64,000 bases of DNA, from assembly GCA_951406725.2 (NCBI GenBank), contig OX597818.1:91388001-91452000 (forward strand). The letters are read 5' to 3'. The position numbers were made by a program, and so were the translations under genes. Under the pieces are notes generated by a model. The model made no database searches, was not told the origin of the DNA, and worked only from the letters and a program-made list of their open reading frames with translations. Positions 27,887 through 41,841 of the stretch are shown here, piece after piece. How positions within the stretch are numbered: position 1 is the stretch's first letter; every line of letters begins with the position of its first letter. The DNA comes from Octopus vulgaris (lineage: Eukaryota).

Positions 27887-29307
27887 CTGGCTAATGGCAT
27901 AAATTTGCTGCTCTTTTTGATTCCAAAAGGAGAATTGTGAATATTTAATCTGGCCTGAATTAAGCTCTCCTTGGCACCAACATATTCCTATGTGTGTCAC
28001 TCCCTTGCTTTTATCGGGTTACACCAACTGCTGTGGGCCATATGTGTACTTACTGTTAAATCTACATGAAACAGTTATTCAAGTTTTTGATACAAGGAAC
28101 ATGGGGCACTTATGTTATGTCTTTTAAATAATTTCCAGTATATATGATACGGTGTAAAATGCCTGTCCACTTATCAAAGGAAGGCTCTTCTGACGTAGGA
28201 TTTTCACGTTAATTGTGAAAGATGAAAAACCCAAAGGAGTTTCAGGCGGCGATTTTTACTGTGGCTGTTGAGACAACGCATAGAGGTGATGCACTCCTTA
28301 AACGCACAGACTGCTAACACCTACTGTAATTGGATTGCGCTGCGTCAAATCCTCTTTTTTCGTGGATACGTTTAAAATACGTTTTCATGGTGAGTAAGTG
28401 TGAGTGTGTGTGTGTGTGTGTGTGTAGCAAAAGCGTGTGTATGTGTGCGTGATATTCAGGCGTTGGTATATGGTTTTGTACCTGGAATTTGTATCCTTGA
28501 TTGTGGATAGATGTAAAAATTCTTCGAAGTACATGGAAAAGAGAAGTGTAGTTACTGTCACTCACTGGACACACAAACACTATACACTGCAAATCTTCCG
28601 GTAAGAGTGCATTGGGAAATAGGGAGTTTTACACGACAAAACCAGCATCTGATGAGGTGCTTTAAAATATACATACATAAATTCATACATGCATAAATAT
28701 ATATCCATAATATGAGGGATTATTTTTCCAAACTTACAGGTAAAAATTCAATTTAGAAATACTAAATCAAATTTCACAAAATATAATGTATATACATAAA
28801 GTAGAAAAAAACCCCCACCTTATATCAATTCAATAATAAACAATTAAATTATGCATTTAATATTTCTATGAGATGTAATTTTTCTAAATGGTATAATTAA
28901 ATTTTCATTATTGAATTGATAAAAGGTGTTTTTTTCTAATTTATATATATAAATATATATATAAATATAAGAACATAGATATTGTGTCGTACAGCCAGTT
29001 AGAAATGATGCTTTCCTGGTCTACACAACAGTAGCAATCGTCCCTTTATGGACCTACTCATTACTGGCACTAGACACATAAACACTAAACATTGCGAATC
29101 TTCCTGCATATCATGCACACATACACACGCTTATGCCACACACACACACTCACACTTAGTCACCATGAAAAGGCAAACAGCCTTTACTTTAAACAACCGT
29201 CAATGAATATAATAATAATATTTCTATTATATATATATATATATATATATACATTTACATGTGTGTGTGTTTGTGTACATTTGTGCGTGTGTTTGCAAGA
29301 TATATAT

Positions 29308-29400
<93 letters not shown>

Positions 29401-30053
29401 GTATGCATGTATGAATCAACTTAGTGTACCTACAAACATGTCAAATTTGCCTGTTTTTTTTGTTGCTTAAAAATTGTGCATCGGCTTAATCAGTTTTAGA
29501 CCCTTTCATCAGAAGTAATAGCTTCCTTACGAACCACATAGTAACCGGGTTCAGACCCACTGCGTGGCACCTTGGGCAAGTTTCTTCTACTATAGCCTCG
29601 GGCCGACCAAAGCCTTGTGAACGGAAAGAAGCCCGTCGTATATATGTATATGTATATGTGTGTGTGTGTGTGTATGTTTGTGTGTCTGTGTTTGTCCCTC
29701 AACATCGCTTGACCTCCAATGCTGGTGTGTTTAGGACCCCGTAACGTAGCGGTTCGGCAAAAGAGACCGATAGAACAAGTACTAGGCTTACAACGAATAA
29801 GTCCTGAGGTCGATTTGCACTACTAAGGGTGGTGCTCCAGCATGGTCACACTCAAATAACTGAAACAAGTAAAAGAGTAAAAGAGTAAAAAAGATCTCTT
29901 GACCGATCTATGAGCTGAAATTTGGAACTCTTCGCTTAAAACTATCTGGAAATCATCGACGTTTTAACTACTTCGACGATGAACATCTTTTATCAACGTT
30001 GTTGCTTTTACTTTTCACTAATAAATCTTTAATGTTTTGTTTATTCAATCCAG

Positions 30054-30149
30054 AGATGCCTTGCTGTATGATGCCAATACTTGAAGTCGACAGTAGATAC
30101 CAAATCCCGCAGAGTATGTCTATTTCTCGTTACCTTGCTCGAGAATTTG
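30054..30149 (+). CDS. S-crystallin gene B, exon 2
   Basis: ttattcaatccag|AG ATG CCT...TTT G|gtaagt; (K)[31 protein letters not shown](G); phase 1-1; cis-Pro and QS glutathione-binding motifs. Confidence 0.96.
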
Positions 30150-30739
30150 GTAAGTACATATGATCAGTAATATCTGTAACCTATAAGATTTGCCACATAC
30201 TACCTATATACATACCATGAACAATATCTTAAGTCTAAATCCTTACTTTTAGTCTGACTTTCAGTTCAGTTCTACTTTAGAACTACAGTTTTATGTTGCT
30301 CACCACAAGAACCCCAATCTTCGAGAAATTTGGTGAGACTTGTATTTGTACTAGTTGAAATCAATGCTTGTTTCTTCAGTGTCTGTCATGAGAATTTTTG
30401 ATAAGAATATCCGTCAGAGGTCTCTGTCCGTCTGGCGTTTTTGTTGATGCTATTGTTATTCTTTAACCACAACTCGATACTGACAGAACAGACCACTGTT
30501 CAGAAGACACTTACCTGAAGCCATATTGTCTTTTTCTTGGAAGTTGTACTGTGTACACCACATAATTTAACGCATCTTTAATTTAAGACAAGAAGGTCAA
30601 TGGACAGTCTGATGCTATTTCTGGCAACTGACAAGGTGTTTGATCACTATCGTGTGTCTTAAGTGTTTGATCTTGTAATAAGTGTTTGATCTTGTAATTG
30701 TCCCTTGAAATATCATAGAATATATATACAGAGCTATCT

Positions 30740-30983
30740 TAGACCCTCGCTATTCAACTCTGATGTGACCCAGGGTTCAGTTTTGTCTACCGAACCCCTC
30801 CAAATAAATTATTTATTTTCCGTCACTTCCAACGACCATCACCACTCTTACGCAGATGAAAACATCGTTCATTCTCCCTTAAATTTTCAAGCCATAACTG
30901 TAATTACATCATGAATAGAGTGTCCGAAGATATTCTCCTTCAACAAAACAAATACTGCAAACCCTATTATATATATATATTTG

Positions 30984-31017
<34 letters not shown>

Positions 31018-31600
31018 AGTTGTTATATGCCCGCCTTCCTTAAATATAGAGTGCATGTAAATTGAACTCGAGCTTACAATTACAAATGCTAGGCCTCACT
31101 TCAACTGAGAATCTTCCTTGACAAACACAGATATTCATTATATCACAGATTGCATTAAAATATCTGATATTCCTCTTCAGGTTAGTAAAATAATAGAAAA
31201 TCAACAAACCCTGTATAAATCTCAGGTGAACCCCAGAATGGGGTACTAAACAAATATCATAGATCACATGATGAGAAATGCTATTCGCCTCAATGCTATG
31301 TAGTGATTCACCAATAAATTCCAACCTTTGGCCTAAATACTTCCTGTCTTCTCTCTCTCTGCCTTTTCTTCTGTAATTCAGTAAACCTCTTTTTTCGGAG
31401 TTGGCTGATCACCTGATACTTTCATATACCTATTCCCGATTCACACTTTCTTCTTCACATTCGCAGACACCCCACTACTAGGATCCGTACTATTCATTCC
31501 ACACAATCCATTTTTCTCAGATTGTCAGCCCCTTGGAATTTTTCTTTGCTAGTGGCCTTCTTGAAACTGTTGGCAGATAACTGTTCAGGTGGAACATTAA
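30740..31600 (+). mobile_element. Ancient CR1/Jockey-like LINE RT relic in intron 2
   Basis: NSDVTQGSVLS (GVPQGSVL-like), HSYADE (YADD-like), LYKSQV.P.M.Y and a late PWN motif; heavily decayed. Confidence 0.55.
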
Positions 31601-34600
31601 GGCTGTCCATCGCAGCTGCTTCCTATAGAAGATTATCATTTCTAGCGGATAGAATGACTACGAGAAGTATTAACTAAGTTTGAAAATCATATCCTACCAT
31701 AATAGGAAAGAAAACAGACTTTGAACAACACAGTCCCAGATATATTGCATGAAATAAAGACAGAATAATTGCAGCTGGTTTACGTTTGAGCATAGATCTG
31801 ATCATTCAAATCTCACTTGTCATTACACAACAACTAAGGAATCCAGATATAATAATAAGGTATTAAAATCCTCTCCTTTATCAGTTGTTTTCTTGAGATC
31901 TGGGATTGCTCTCAACATGTGTTATACATCTTTCAATTATCTCAAACGTCATTTCTCCCAGTAGAATTACACTTTGTGTAAAATGATATAACTGGATGAG
32001 TTTGATCGTAGATGGTGCGAAACTATAACAACATTGCTCGCAACTGTAGTTTACATGTTAGTAAGCGCCAATTATTCACTTAAAATTCGTTTCTTCATTC
32101 CTTATTCGTTCCTTATCATTCGCTAATAACTAGAGTCAGTAACGTTAAAGGTTATTCTGTAGGTCTGACCTATAAAGTGGAGTGGTTAATTAAAATCACA
32201 TCTAAGCAATACATCTGCACCAAGGACGCTACGTTTCTGTCACCTGTATCTGTATAATGCTCTGTTGTAATAATATCAATTAAGTAGAATAATAAGGAAG
32301 AAATTCTAATGATAATGATTATTGCAAATGTCTGCACAATGCGATTGTACTTACTTTATCGAATGCTTGATAGCAAAATAAAACGCAGATGGATTTAAAT
32401 TCGTATCATAAAAAGGTAGTGAAATGCATTAGTATATTTTTTCACATTTTATTCTATTTTCATCTTTTAGTCAGGAAGTGTGGGACTCCGAAACTAATGG
32501 GGAGAAAGTGCAAATTATCCCGGAGGCAAATAAGTGGCTTGAATGCATACAACGGTGGTGGCAATTATAGTGTTATGTGGTTTTGTTAAACTAGGCGTCA
32601 TGTTAAGTCTACCACCCAAAAACGTCATGGTAGCATTTCAAATCAGAAGGCAAATTTTGGAATAAATCCTGCACCGCATTTGGTTCGAGGTTCTTACACA
32701 TCTAGCAGCACCTTGCCTTGGATTGGTACTTCGTTTATCATCCTCGAAATGAGATAGGCAATGTCTATCTTGGTATAATTTGAACTCGAAGCACAGCGAG
32801 TAGGAGCAGCTATCGCAAAATATTTTATCCGAGACTAACGAATCTGCCACTTCGCTAGGTAACCTACAGCAATTTACAACACGAAAATGATACCATCGAT
32901 TATCAAACGCTTAAAGCCATATCAATAAATATTTATTTATCATTCTACATAAACAATAGAAACACACTAGTTTCTTATTTCAGAGGTCATATTTATTCAG
33001 TTAAAACTTTTGTCAAGGATGTCGTCCCACTCATTAAACAAAACTCAAACTAAGATTTTATAATAATCTGCCTGTTAAAAGCAACAAACTAGCAGAATCA
33101 TTATCACGCAAGACAAAATCTTAACAGTGTCTCGTCTGGCTTTACGTCCTCAGTTCAAATTCCACCAAGGTTAAACTTTCTCTTCATCCCTTTCAGGGTC
33201 GAAGAAATAACTACCACTTGAGTACTGAGTTCTGTGTAATCTACTAGCCCTCCCCAGCCCATCAAAATCCAGGCCTTTTGCATATATTAGAAAAGATGTT
33301 CCTAACTAGCTTTAACTTAACTCAATATATCATTTTTTTCTTTTGAATTCCTCTGACGCAAACTGTTCATGAATGCCATTAGGTTTTTAATCCTTTGCGT
33401 ATTTACTATCAGCGCTAAATTGCTTAAAAATACAATATATTTTAATTCACCACCTCATATTACCGTTATAGCAACCCGAATATCTTCAAAATTCATCAAT
33501 GTCATCAATGTATTTTGTCTATTTGTGATTGTTGGTACTTCATTAAGATAACTAATATTTGTTGTTTACCTCGCTTCTAGTTTAAAACATATTATACAGT
33601 CATTTATGATATCATCACAGACCCTTATTATGAATTTATTTTCAACACCACATCAAAATATATCACTTATATATACACCTCAACTACTTACAAAAGTCAA
33701 GTCTAACGTATTAGTTTCTTTTTGAAATCAATGCTGATGATTATTCTCATAAAAGATGTATTTCATGCCGAATTCTTTGAAATCTATCATAATGGTATAA
33801 TATTTAGACATAAGCCCGGTTTCTGGTAATAACAATGAAACATTCACAAATAGTTTGCAGAATTAGTTGTTTCTAAAGAGACAGTTGCACAGTTGATAAT
33901 TAGAATATTATACTACTAAATGCTTTTCGCATATGAAGTATACACAAATAACTTTAGCAGACAGCTAACATAATTTTCACCTAGAAGATTATGCAGATAT
34001 TTTGCAAATGGTTTTGCTTTGAAATTTTATAGCAGTGGCGCGTTCCTTTTTTGTAAAATACCTCGTTAAGTTTGCGACATGAGTATATATTTTGGTGAGC
34101 GCTAAGAGATATATTTCAAAAGTAATCTAATATTTTTGCCAAACAGATGCACTAAATATGCAAAACATTTTCGATGTTACAAAATCTTTAAGCAGAATAT
34201 AATGACTCCTTTTTATTAAATGCCTAGTTAAGTATACTATATGAGTGTATATTCTGGTGTGTGATGATAAATATATTTGCAAACTGATCTAATATTTTTA
34301 CCAGATAGTTACACAAAATATGCGAAACATTTTCTATGTTTTAAAATCGCTAAACATAATTTACAGACCATTCCGTCATTGAGAACACAAATTAGATTCA
34401 AAGACACCATCAATAAACCTGATCAATTATCCCCAGATTTACTTCATATTCAAATAAAAAGTATGGCATCGTTTAAAAAATTACCAAATCGGAATAAAGC
34501 ACAGAATTTTATAATACGATTTCATCTCTACTTCTCATTTTTATTCAATCCGTTCTACATTCTCCGAAAATCATCAATATTCATAAAAAAAAAAATTAAT

Positions 34601-35846
34601 AAATAGCTGATTTGCATAATAGAAGTAACTCGTGGTCTTTTGAAAAACTATGCCGAATCATGATTTGCATTTGATAATTGGAAATCCGATCTTTAAAGTT
34701 CAACACATAATCCTCCACCCAGTCAAATACCACTCTATGGATTACGATTGAAAGTAACAATTTCAATTCAAATATTCTTCACATGTTTTTACCAAATCAT
34801 TGTACAATAAAGATGACTGCAAGTGACTCATCATCTCTGCATGACTGAGTGAAATATTCAATAATGATTTGTTAATTAAAGCTAACCTTTATATACAGAC
34901 AAAAGTGACGTAAACCTCCAGTCAATTATAATGAAATCCATGCTAGAAATATCAACTGTCCATTAAACGATGTTAATTATGTTCTATTCTCATTTCTTTT
35001 GGCCTATTCAATCTCTTTTTTCAAATGCATTTATAATGCAAGAAACGTACCCGATGTCCATTTACAATATGTTGACTGTAATAACAGTATTCTTTCTTCC
35101 ATCTTTTATTCATCATCCAATAAGTGATTTCACAGTTCAAATCTTAGATAGGCGATTGAATTGGCCTCCAAATAAGATAAATTTGCAAAAAGAGCTCCTT
35201 TATTATTGTTGCTGTTGTTGTTATTATTATCATTGTTAAGGCGGCGATCTGGCAAAAGCGTTAGCACGCAGGGTGAAGTGCTGAGTCGACTTTGCCTTTC
35301 ATACTTTCGGTGTTGGTAAGTTAATTACCAGTGAAACTCCGGGGTTGATGTAATCGATTAATCCCCTCCCTCAAAATTTCAGGCTATGTTAGTATAGTAG
35401 AAAGAATTATTATTCTTTTAACTATACGCGGCGAAAGAAAGGCGGCGAGCTGACAGAAACGTTAGCACGCCGGGAGAAATGCGTAGCCGTATTTCGTCTG
35501 CCGTTACGTTCTGAGTTCAAATTCCGCCGAAGTTGACTTTGCCTTTCATCCTTCGGGATCGATAAATTGGGTACCAGTTACGCACTGGAGTCGATGTAAT
35601 CGACTTACTCCGTCCGTCTGTCCGTGTTTGTCCTCTCTGTGTTTAGCCCCCTGTAGGTAGTAAAGAAATAGGTATCTTGTCTGTCTGTATGTTATGAATT
35701 CAAACTCCGCCGAGGTCGACATTGCCTTTCATCCATTCGGCGTCAATAAATTAAGTACCAGTTACGCACTGGAGTCGATATAATCGACTTAATCTCTTTG
35801 TCTGTCCTTGTTTGTCTCTTCTATATTTAGAAATAAGAAAGACTTA

Positions 35847-35910
<64 letters not shown>

Positions 35911-36653
35911 GGCAGCGAGCTGGCAGAAACGGTAGCAAGTCGGGCGTAATGCCTAGCGGTATTTCTCCCGTTTTTAATGTTCTGAGTTCAAACTATGAGG
36001 CAGTTTCAGCGCATGGAAATGAGGAAAACTATTCTCAGGTTGAAAATCCAAATGATTGCACCAATGTTATTGCGGTAACAACAACAACGCCAAAAACAAA
36101 CATAAAAAGCAACAATAACAGTAAGAACAACGACATTAGCAGCAACAATACCAACAATGAGATTATCAGTAACATCAACATCAACAACAGCAATAACAAC
36201 AACGATGGTTACCATAGCAATTTCTAAAAACACAACCATCAACAACACTCGAATAACTGCACCAGCGACAACCAGAAGAAATGCCTCCGAATTCGATTTT
36301 GCATTTCTTTCTTCGGAGTCGATCAAATACGTAGCGGTTGTACACTGAGTTCAATGTAATTGATTAGAACCCACTACCAAAATTTCAGGCATTTACCTAC
36401 AGCAGAAATGATTATTATTAAGGTGGGGAACTATCAGAATTATTACAACACCGGACAAAATGCTTAGTGGCATATATTCCGGCTTAACGTTCCCATTTAC
36501 CTTTCACCCATTTGAAGTCGATATAAAAAGTATACAGCTGAGCATTGGAGTCAATTTTATCGACTTACAACTTCATCCGAAATTGGTGTCCTTGTTCCAA
36601 TATTTGAAATGTTTAATATTATGTAGGTTTAATATTATGTATTATCATTGTAG

Positions 36654-36769
36654 GTTTCCATGGAAAGAATAACATGGAAATGGCCAGAATCGACTACATC
36701 TCAGACTGTTTCTACGATATCATGGATGACTACATGAGAATGTACCAAGATAATAATGGAAGAATGATG
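36654..36769 (+). CDS. S-crystallin gene B, exon 3
   Basis: cattgtag|GT TTC CAT...ATG ATG|gtaagc; (G)[38 protein letters not shown]; phase 1-0. Confidence 0.96.
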
Positions 36770-36930
36770 GTAAGCCAGAACACGTTTTACTTTTATTCGT
36801 TATTCAGTCCTTCACGTGTCCACCTCACTTGAGGTTCATTCATGTTGACTTTTCCTTTGTTTGATAAATAGACAATTTTGCCCGGAAGGAAGATTATCAA
36901 AAGCCATTTATTTCTAACATATTTATTGAA

Positions 36931-37247
36931 GGCGCGTGGCTTAGTGGTTAGGAGCATTCGTCTCATGATCGTAAGATCGTGAGATCAATTCCCAACGGCA
37001 CGTTGTGTCCTTGAGCAAGACACTTTATTTCACGTTGCTCCAGTCCACTCAGCTGGCAAAAATGAGTAGTACCTGTTTTTCAAAGGGCCAGCCTTGTCAC
37101 ACAGTGTCACGCTGAATCTCCCCGAGAACTACGTTAAGGGTACATGTGTTTGTGGAGTGCTCAGCCACTTACACGTTAATTTCACGAGCAGGCTGTTCCG
37201 TTGATCGTATCAGCTGGGACCCTCGTCGTTGCAACCGATGGAGTGCT
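36931..37247 (+). mobile_element. tRNA-derived SINE family C
   Basis: ggcgcgtggcttagtggttagg (A box), gtgtccttgagcaagacacttt core; relatives near 37385, 59075 and 61460-61820(-). Confidence 0.75.
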
Positions 37248-37316
37248 CCTACTTACTACTCCTACTAACATATATTTGCACGCAATAAAATATTATGTGC
37301 ACACACACACAGATGC

Positions 37317-37359
<43 letters not shown>

Positions 37360-39367
37360 CGTGTGAATGTATATATGTGGAAGCCCATGGTTTAGTGGTT
37401 AGGATGTTGCACTCACGATTGCAAGATCATGGTTTCAATTCCCAGACCGGGCTTTGCGTTGTGTTCTTGAGTAAAAGCACATCATTTCAGACTGTCCTAC
37501 GATCATTTCGCCATCTAACATGTGGCAAATAGTGCACCTGTATCGGTAACATCGATTTAATGCAGTGAGCTTATGTGAATACAAATATTTGTTCGTTCGG
37601 CAAGAAATTGCCGTAACCTTATAAGTCGTCTAACGACGTGACATTACGTGATATGTCGCAATAGATTGATACATATATGCATAGATGTGTGTGCACGCAC
37701 GCGTATGTTACTTTTGGATTCGAAAACTGAGTTGCCGATTTTGTAGCATGAGATAACAAAAGATTCAGTAATCATTCGGCTACCAAACAAAGTATGATCA
37801 TTGCACAACAACACCTTTTACAACACTACGCCATATGCCCACGGGCATATGTCTATATGAATGTATGCATATACGTATGTACGAGCATAAATAATATACA
37901 TTCACTTACATACACACACACAGCACACACAGATACACTCATACATATATATGTGTAAATATAAGTATATATGTACAGATAAGTGTGTGTATACACGCAC
38001 ACACGTATATTCAAGTATAATTCTCATTCATTTCCTTTAAAACATTTTACTTAGATCTTTACAATTATGAATCTATTTACATTCACCGATTACACAGTTT
38101 CTTGAGAAATAATTTTTTTATTGTATAGCTGAGTGTGAGGATGTGAATTAGACTGAAGGATTGGCGAGAAGTAGAGAGTAACGCCATTAAGAATTATAGA
38201 AGCGGTTTGAGAAATATTGTTTTAAACTAGAAATAACCACTCCTCCGATAACCCTCATTGGCTTTTTGGATCATGCGTCTAACTTCGTCCAAATTTTGTC
38301 AATAATCCAAACTTTAATTTAAAAAAATACAAAATGATTATTTTCAATTTATGACACGAAATCCATTTCATTTAGTTGAATTTAGACCCTAACCATTAAT
38401 AGGAGCCATAAGGACTTTATTTTTAACAACAGGGCTTTCTTCATGATTTCATAACTATGAAAATTCCCCCTTTTTTTTTGGTTTACGACTTATAATTTTA
38501 ACTATAATTCAATAATGACGTGATCCACTGGTCGTGAATTCGTAATGGAAAGTTTCTTTTACTATTATGGTTGGTAAGCGGTAGGAAGTGAAACACCACA
38601 AACTATTTGTTTATAAAAGACCTGTCAAGATAAAATACAAAGCCTGTAACAGGTTATTTCCCCTTAAGGAGACGATTCACCTTCAGTATCATCGTATAGT
38701 AGTCACTCTATCTGACCTTACTCATACTCCGTAGCAACGGAGTTAGATATCCATGTGTAAGAAAACGCTGGCCGAATACTGAATGCTACATTAAACTGAA
38801 GATGAAATATCATGACGAGATGAAGTGTATAGGACCCTTATACTAAGGCATACACATTACACAAGCAATAAGGAAATACGACCAAAAATACCCAAACATA
38901 ACGATCGGGGCTTGTACGTTGTTTGGAGAGAAAACTTAAAATGGGTATACAAAAACAACCTCAGACAAGACATATCCGACACTCAAAAATGGAAACATAA
39001 CTGAAAGAAAGACGCATAATAACAGCAACAATAACGTTTCTGACAAAATATGCTGGAGAAATTACTATTCTTATTCATATTGAGTTCAATTTGTCTTATG
39101 TATTTCGGAATCGAATTACGAATATACCAGCCATTATGTGAGATCGATATAAATCCAAACTGCGCTTCTGTCAAAAGATTAAGTTAGGAATCGCTATAAT
39201 TAATAAACGTATCTTATTATAGTTGTTTGTTATATATATGTGTCTGTGTGTGTGTATTGAGATATATATATATATATATATTCATTCAGATACACAAACA
39301 CATACGCATACATATACGTACACACATTCACACACACATTCACACACATATAGTTATAGGATATATA

Positions 39368-40604
39368 TTAGGCCATGCTATAAATAATGCAGCTTTTTAA
39401 ATTACATGAACTAAAAGTCGGAGGGGGACAGGATAAACTACATGCATCAACTTGCAATAAAAGCAGGTAGTAATTTTTATACTTATTCTTATCAGTAGTG
39501 CAAGTTTGCAAGAAATTTTAACAGTTATTTTTTCAAATCTATAATGGAAGTGATAAAGGAGCGTATTCGGGATATTTAAGGTAACAACGGAACGGGAAGT
39601 GCTAGGAATATCAATGCAGTATATGGGGACTGGACAATAAACGTAAGCCAGTGTTAGCAGTGATTTCAGATGTTCCGAACCGGAAACTACATCCTAAAGA
39701 AGAGTCTCGTTCTAGAAGAACTTTAGAGCTCAACGAGGACATCCTGCAAACCCTGGTGGAACAAAAGTGTTCAGGAACTAGCAGAGAAGCTTGGATTTGG
39801 TCATTCAACCATTCATCGACACCTGCGTGCCATCGGAAAATCCAGTGAATTGGGTCAATGGGTTTCTCACAGACTTTCCGAGTCTAATCGCTCACAGAGA
39901 ATGAATGTGTGCTCTTCTGTGCTGTCACTTCTTACAAATGAACATTGTTTTAGACCGAGTAGAGACTGTTGACGAGAAATGAGTTCTCTATCAAAATTTC
40001 AAGCACCGAGTCTGTGGGTAAGTAAGGGAGAAACACCGGCGCCCCAGGCTAATGGTCACGTAAGACATTGTTATCCATTTGGTGAAATATTAAAGGTTTA
40101 GTGCACTCTGAACTTTTGAACGCAAACCAAACTATAACAAAGGAGATCTACAACGAGCACCTTGAGCGACTTAAGTCAGCGCTAGAAGAAAAACGACCAT
40201 CTTTGTTTTCAAGAGGAGAGGTGTTCTTCCATCAGGATAATACACGGTCACATACAGCGAGAATGACATTCCAAATGCTGGAGCAGTTTGAATGGGAAAC
40301 GATGCCCCACCAACTATTTTCGACGTTAATTACCCCATCTGATTATCATTTATTCTGCAGTCTTCAAAACCATTTGGACGGGAAAAAATATAAATTCTGT
40401 AGACGAGGAAAGTACAGTATTGGAGTAGTATTTTTCGTGCCGGACAAGTGAATTTTAGAAGAGGGGCCTTGCAAGACTAACCAGGTAGATGGTAGAAAAT
40501 GAAGGAGGGTATATCTTAGATTTAAAAGAACTTTGTTTATATAAATTTAAAAAACAAAAAAAAACAGAAGTATAAAAAACCGCATTATGTATAAGATGAC
40601 CCAA
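39368..40604 (+). mobile_element. Mariner (DD34D) DNA transposon, TIR-to-TIR but defective, in intron 3
   Basis: TA|ttaggccatgctataaataatgcagcttttt ... aaaaaccgcattatgtataagatgacccaa|TA (imperfect ~30-bp TIRs, TA target duplication). Transposase remnants from ATG 39544: WVSHRL, TVDEK*, HQDNTRSH, 34 residues to PSDYHLF; stops and frameshifts. Confidence 0.92.
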
Positions 40605-40609
40605 TACAG

Positions 40610-40721
<112 letters not shown>

Positions 40722-40976
40722 CCATCTATCTATCTATCTAGATGTGTGAGTGGGTGCGTGTGCCTGTGCGTGTGTCCGTGCGTGCGTGTGTATAATTGTG
40801 TGCGAATGCATGTATTGCTTTTGTATGTGCGCAAATGGCCCTGATGTATGAAAAATAGCTATTCGACTACATTCTCATAACACGCACCCAAATTAACATT
40901 TTATAAATCCGCAGTAATGGGTTTATATTTTTATACGCCTTCAATGTGATTAATCTTGTTTTCTTTTATCATTCAG

Positions 40977-41006
40977 TTTCAGCGTTCAAACAACATGAAC
41001 ATGTCA
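40977..41006 (+). CDS. S-crystallin gene B, exon 4 (30-nt loop-insertion microexon)
   Basis: Polypyrimidine tract ttcttttatcattcag|TTT CAG CGT TCA AAC AAC ATG AAC ATG TCA|gtaagt = FQRSNNMNMS; phase 0-0; supplies the S-crystallin alpha4-alpha5 loop (RMMFQRS) and gives 215 aa in total. Confidence 0.9.
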
Positions 41007-41170
41007 GTAAGTAAATCCTTTTAAATGTTTCCTCTCGTCACTATGCTTCATATTATCAAAAAGAAAAAAATAAATTCGGGAACAATATTTTATAGAAACT
41101 CAGTGAGTTGTCACAAAGAAAAGATAAAGTACAAATTTTATACACATATACAGACATATACTTTTAAGCA

Positions 41171-41229
<59 letters not shown>

Positions 41230-41789
41230 TGCTTGTATGTAAGTGAAGTCTGTAATAGTGTAAGGGTCTATATTTTTAATATTTTGCTACTTTTCATTAC
41301 TCAATATCTTTTCCTTGCGAATACTGACTTGTTAAATATTTATCAAATCCAGGAAGTACGGACTTGAATGTACTTGCGAAGGCATATAAATTTGGCAATA
41401 AAGCTGCATCGTATTAATGTATGACACACACATGCACACGCGCACACACACACACACACACAGGTACACACACAGACATACACACACACACAACAGCCAT
41501 ACACATATGAATATATATGCATAAATTCCTCCGAAAAGTTATAGTCACCATATGCAAATACCTCCATAAGGATACAGGCACATCGCTGCATGTAAGTGTA
41601 TATGTATATTCTGTTCATTTCACGTTGATACAGATATATTTCATCCACCTTTTCTTTTTTTTGTTGACATTGAAGTGAAGGCTGCTGAAGTTACATACTG
41701 CTTTTATATATACATACATACTCACACACACACACACACATAGACAATAAGAAAACCAATTCATAGAAGCATATATACATACATATATA

Positions 41790-41841
<52 letters not shown>

